Part shown: positions 62,318 to 64,000 of the stretch, piece by piece
Numbering within the stretch: position 1 is the first letter of the stretch
Layout of the letters: every line of letters starts with the position of its first letter
DNA from: an uncultured Candidatus Micrarchaeota archaeon
Lineage (GTDB): Archaea; Micrarchaeota; Micrarchaeia; Burarchaeales; Fermentimicrarchaeaceae
Direction of reading: 5' to 3'
Assembly (NCBI GenBank): GCA_963760615.1
Contig: CAVXDX010000008.1
Location: 97,459 to 161,458 of the forward strand
Length of the DNA: 64,000 nt
Program-made: the position numbers and the translations under genes
Notes under the pieces: generated by a model
What the model saw: only the letters and a program-made list of their open reading frames with translations
Told to the model about the DNA's origin: nothing
The model's database searches: none

Positions 62318-63493
62318 ATGGGCAGCAGGCTTGGTTTCATATCTGCAGAAATTGAGGACATGAAGGCGAAGGGGCTTTTCAAAGTTCCGCCAATTCTTGG
62401 CGGGCCTCAGGGAGCCAGGGCGATTGTGAATGGCAAGGAGGTCATCAACCTTTCTTCCAACAGCTACCTCCAGCTCACAACAAATAAGAAGATGAAGAAG
62501 GCTGCAATTGAGGCGCTGAGGAAATACGGAGTTGGCACTGGAGCTGTGAGGCAGATTATAGGCACAATGAGCATTCACGAGGAGCTTGAGAAGAAAGTTG
62601 CGCAGTTCAAAGGCGCTGAGGCAGTGCTGATGTTCTCTTCTGGAGTTGCTGCAAACAGCGGGACAATCCCCACGCTTGTTGGAGAGGGTGACCTGATAAT
62701 AAGCGATGAGCTTAACCACGGGAGCATAATTGACGGTTGCAGGCTGACAAAGGCCGAGAGGAAGATATATCCTCATTTGAACATGGAGGAGCTTGAGAAA
62801 ATCCTCAAGGAGAGCAAGCACAGGAGGAAGCTCATCATCACTGATGGAGTATTCAGCATGGACGGGGATATTGCTCCCATGGACAAAATAGTGGAGCTGG
62901 CTGAGAAATACGATGCGATAACATATGTTGACGATGCGCACGGGGAGGGAGTGCTTGGAAAGAACGGCAGAGGCATAGTTGACCACTTCAATCTGCATGG
63001 CAGGGTGGACATAGAGATGGGCACATTTTCAAAAGCATTCGGGTGCATGGGAGGTTATATCGCAGGAACCGATGACCTGAGGAGCTACCTCATACAGAGG
63101 GCAAGGTCATTCCTCTTCAGCACATCACATCCTCCTGCGACTGTGGCGGCAATAAGCGCTGCAATAGATGTGGCTCTTGAGAATCCCAAGCTTTTTGACA
63201 GGCTGTGGGGCAACGCCAAGTACTTCAGGAAGAAGCTGCAGAAGCTGGGCTTCAACACAGGGAACAGCCAAACGCCAATAATACCTGTGATGACAGGAGA
63301 CAGCGCGCTGGCGCAGCAGCTCTCCAACAAGCTCTTTGAAAAGGGAGTGTATGTGAACCCGATTGTATACCCAATGGTTGCAATGGACAAAGCAAGAGTC
63401 AGAAACATCATAACCGCAGGGCACAAGAGGAAGGATTTGAATGCTGCGCTTGCAGCATTTGAGGAAGTTGGGAAGGAACTCAAGCTGATATAA
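62318..63493 (+). CDS. kbl: 2-amino-3-ketobutyrate CoA ligase (glycine C-acetyltransferase)
   Basis: Start at MGSRLGF with GGAGG Shine-Dalgarno; PLP-dependent alpha-oxoamine synthase blocks, PLP lysine in GTFSKAFG. Confidence 0.75.
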   Translation: MGSRLGFISAEIEDMKAKGLFKVPPILGGPQGARAIVNGKEVINLSSNSYLQLTTNKKMKKAAIEALRKYGVGTGAVRQIIGTMSIHEELEKKVAQFKGAEAVLMFSSGVAANSGTIPTLVGEGDLIISDELNHGSIIDGCRLTKAERKIYPHLNMEELEKILKESKHRRKLIITDGVFSMDGDIAPMDKIVELAEKYDAITYVDDAHGEGVLGKNGRGIVDHFNLHGRVDIEMGTFSKAFGCMGGYIAGTDDLRSYLIQRARSFLFSTSHPPATVAAISAAIDVALENPKLFDRLWGNAKYFRKKLQKLGFNTGNSQTPIIPVMTGDSALAQQLSNKLFEKGVYVNPIVYPMVAMDKARVRNIITAGHKRKDLNAALAAFEEVGKELKLI

Positions 63494-63555
63494 GAGGCTC
63501 AAAAGGTATTTATAAGAAGCCCTAGCATATACTATCTCTGTTTGAAGGGTTAGCT

Positions 63556-64000
63556 ATGGGTGAAGATGAGGGGGAATACAGCGAGGAGAATGCCGAGAGC
63601 TACTATAAGACAGGCAACGAGTATTATGAGAAGGGCAACTTCGACCTCGCTGTTGAGTACTACAACAAGGCAATTGAAGCAGACCCTATGTTTGACAAGG
63701 CGTATTACAACAGAGGACTGGCCTACGCCTGCAAGGAGGAGTACGACAAGGCAATTGAGGATATAAACAAGATGATTGAGCTCAAGCCGAATTTTGCAGA
63801 GGCCTACTATATACTCGGCTTGGCATACGAGTACAAGAACATGCCTGACAAGGCTATTGAGAACTACAACAAAGCTTTAGAGCTCAACCCGGATTTCAAG
63901 GATGCCCAAAATAGATTGGAGCTTGCAAAGAGCAAGAAGGAAAAAGCAAAGGAGGTCACAACAACCGAGCCGGGCACCCTTGCAAAGGTGGAGTTCCTTG
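63556..64000 (+). CDS. TPR-repeat protein (5' partial, runs off window)
   Basis: Repeats A..YYN.G.AY......AIE.Y.KA.EL.P; no stop before the window end. Confidence 0.6.
   Translation, partial: MGEDEGEYSEENAESYYKTGNEYYEKGNFDLAVEYYNKAIEADPMFDKAYYNRGLAYACKEEYDKAIEDINKMIELKPNFAEAYYILGLAYEYKNMPDKAIENYNKALELNPDFKDAQNRLELAKSKKEKAKEVTTTEPGTLAKVEFL

Noticed and set aside
1-64000. CRISPR arrays
   Set aside because: No regularly spaced direct repeats of 25-40 bp were seen anywhere in the window.

Overview
This is an archaeal chromosomal segment of roughly 47-48% GC, with leaderless and Shine-Dalgarno-led genes, intron-containing tRNAs, and typical archaeal information-processing genes. Translation and replication core genes are dense. 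Examples are aIF5B, EF-1alpha/S10, aIF2beta, aIF1A, LeuRS, MetRS, ValRS, an intein-containing MCM, ScpA/ScpB, fibrillarin, aCPSF1, proteasome beta, and S3Ae/S15. Five tRNAs are present (Ser, Arg, Lys, Asn, His); the Lys and Asn genes carry canonical anticodon-loop introns. Accessory features are an IS200/IS605-type TnpB-only element, a ~1 kb AT-rich insertion at the 3' end of tRNA-Asn flanked by 20-bp direct repeats, and a homocysteine-biosynthesis gene trio (COG1900-CBS, NIL-ferredoxin, COG2122). Other accessory genes are a presenilin-like GxGD protease, an exported DsbA-like pair, and a tdh-kbl operon. The most unusual part is the 6.3-11.6 kb locus. It holds a tandem set of hypothetical genes that each carry the same ~35-bp promoter cassette directly in front of the start codon, and three of them are diverged HExxH zincin-like paralogs. 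The cassette also occurs at 46140, 30207 and 13986; two copies sit beside a perfect 14-bp palindrome, GTAACCATGGTTAC. Embedded in this locus is a gene for a single-repeat (half) TATA-binding protein, co-operonic with a CxxCxxCC metal-binding protein. The second notable feature is the topoisomerase VI operon (top6B-top6A), which carries nine or more frameshifts while the surrounding large genes are intact. Isolated frameshifts also occur in RIO1 and an HDAC-like gene, so local sequencing error cannot be excluded. Two further groups of unrelated genes share duplicated promoter and 5' blocks. All calls rest on motif recognition by eye; no database searches were run.
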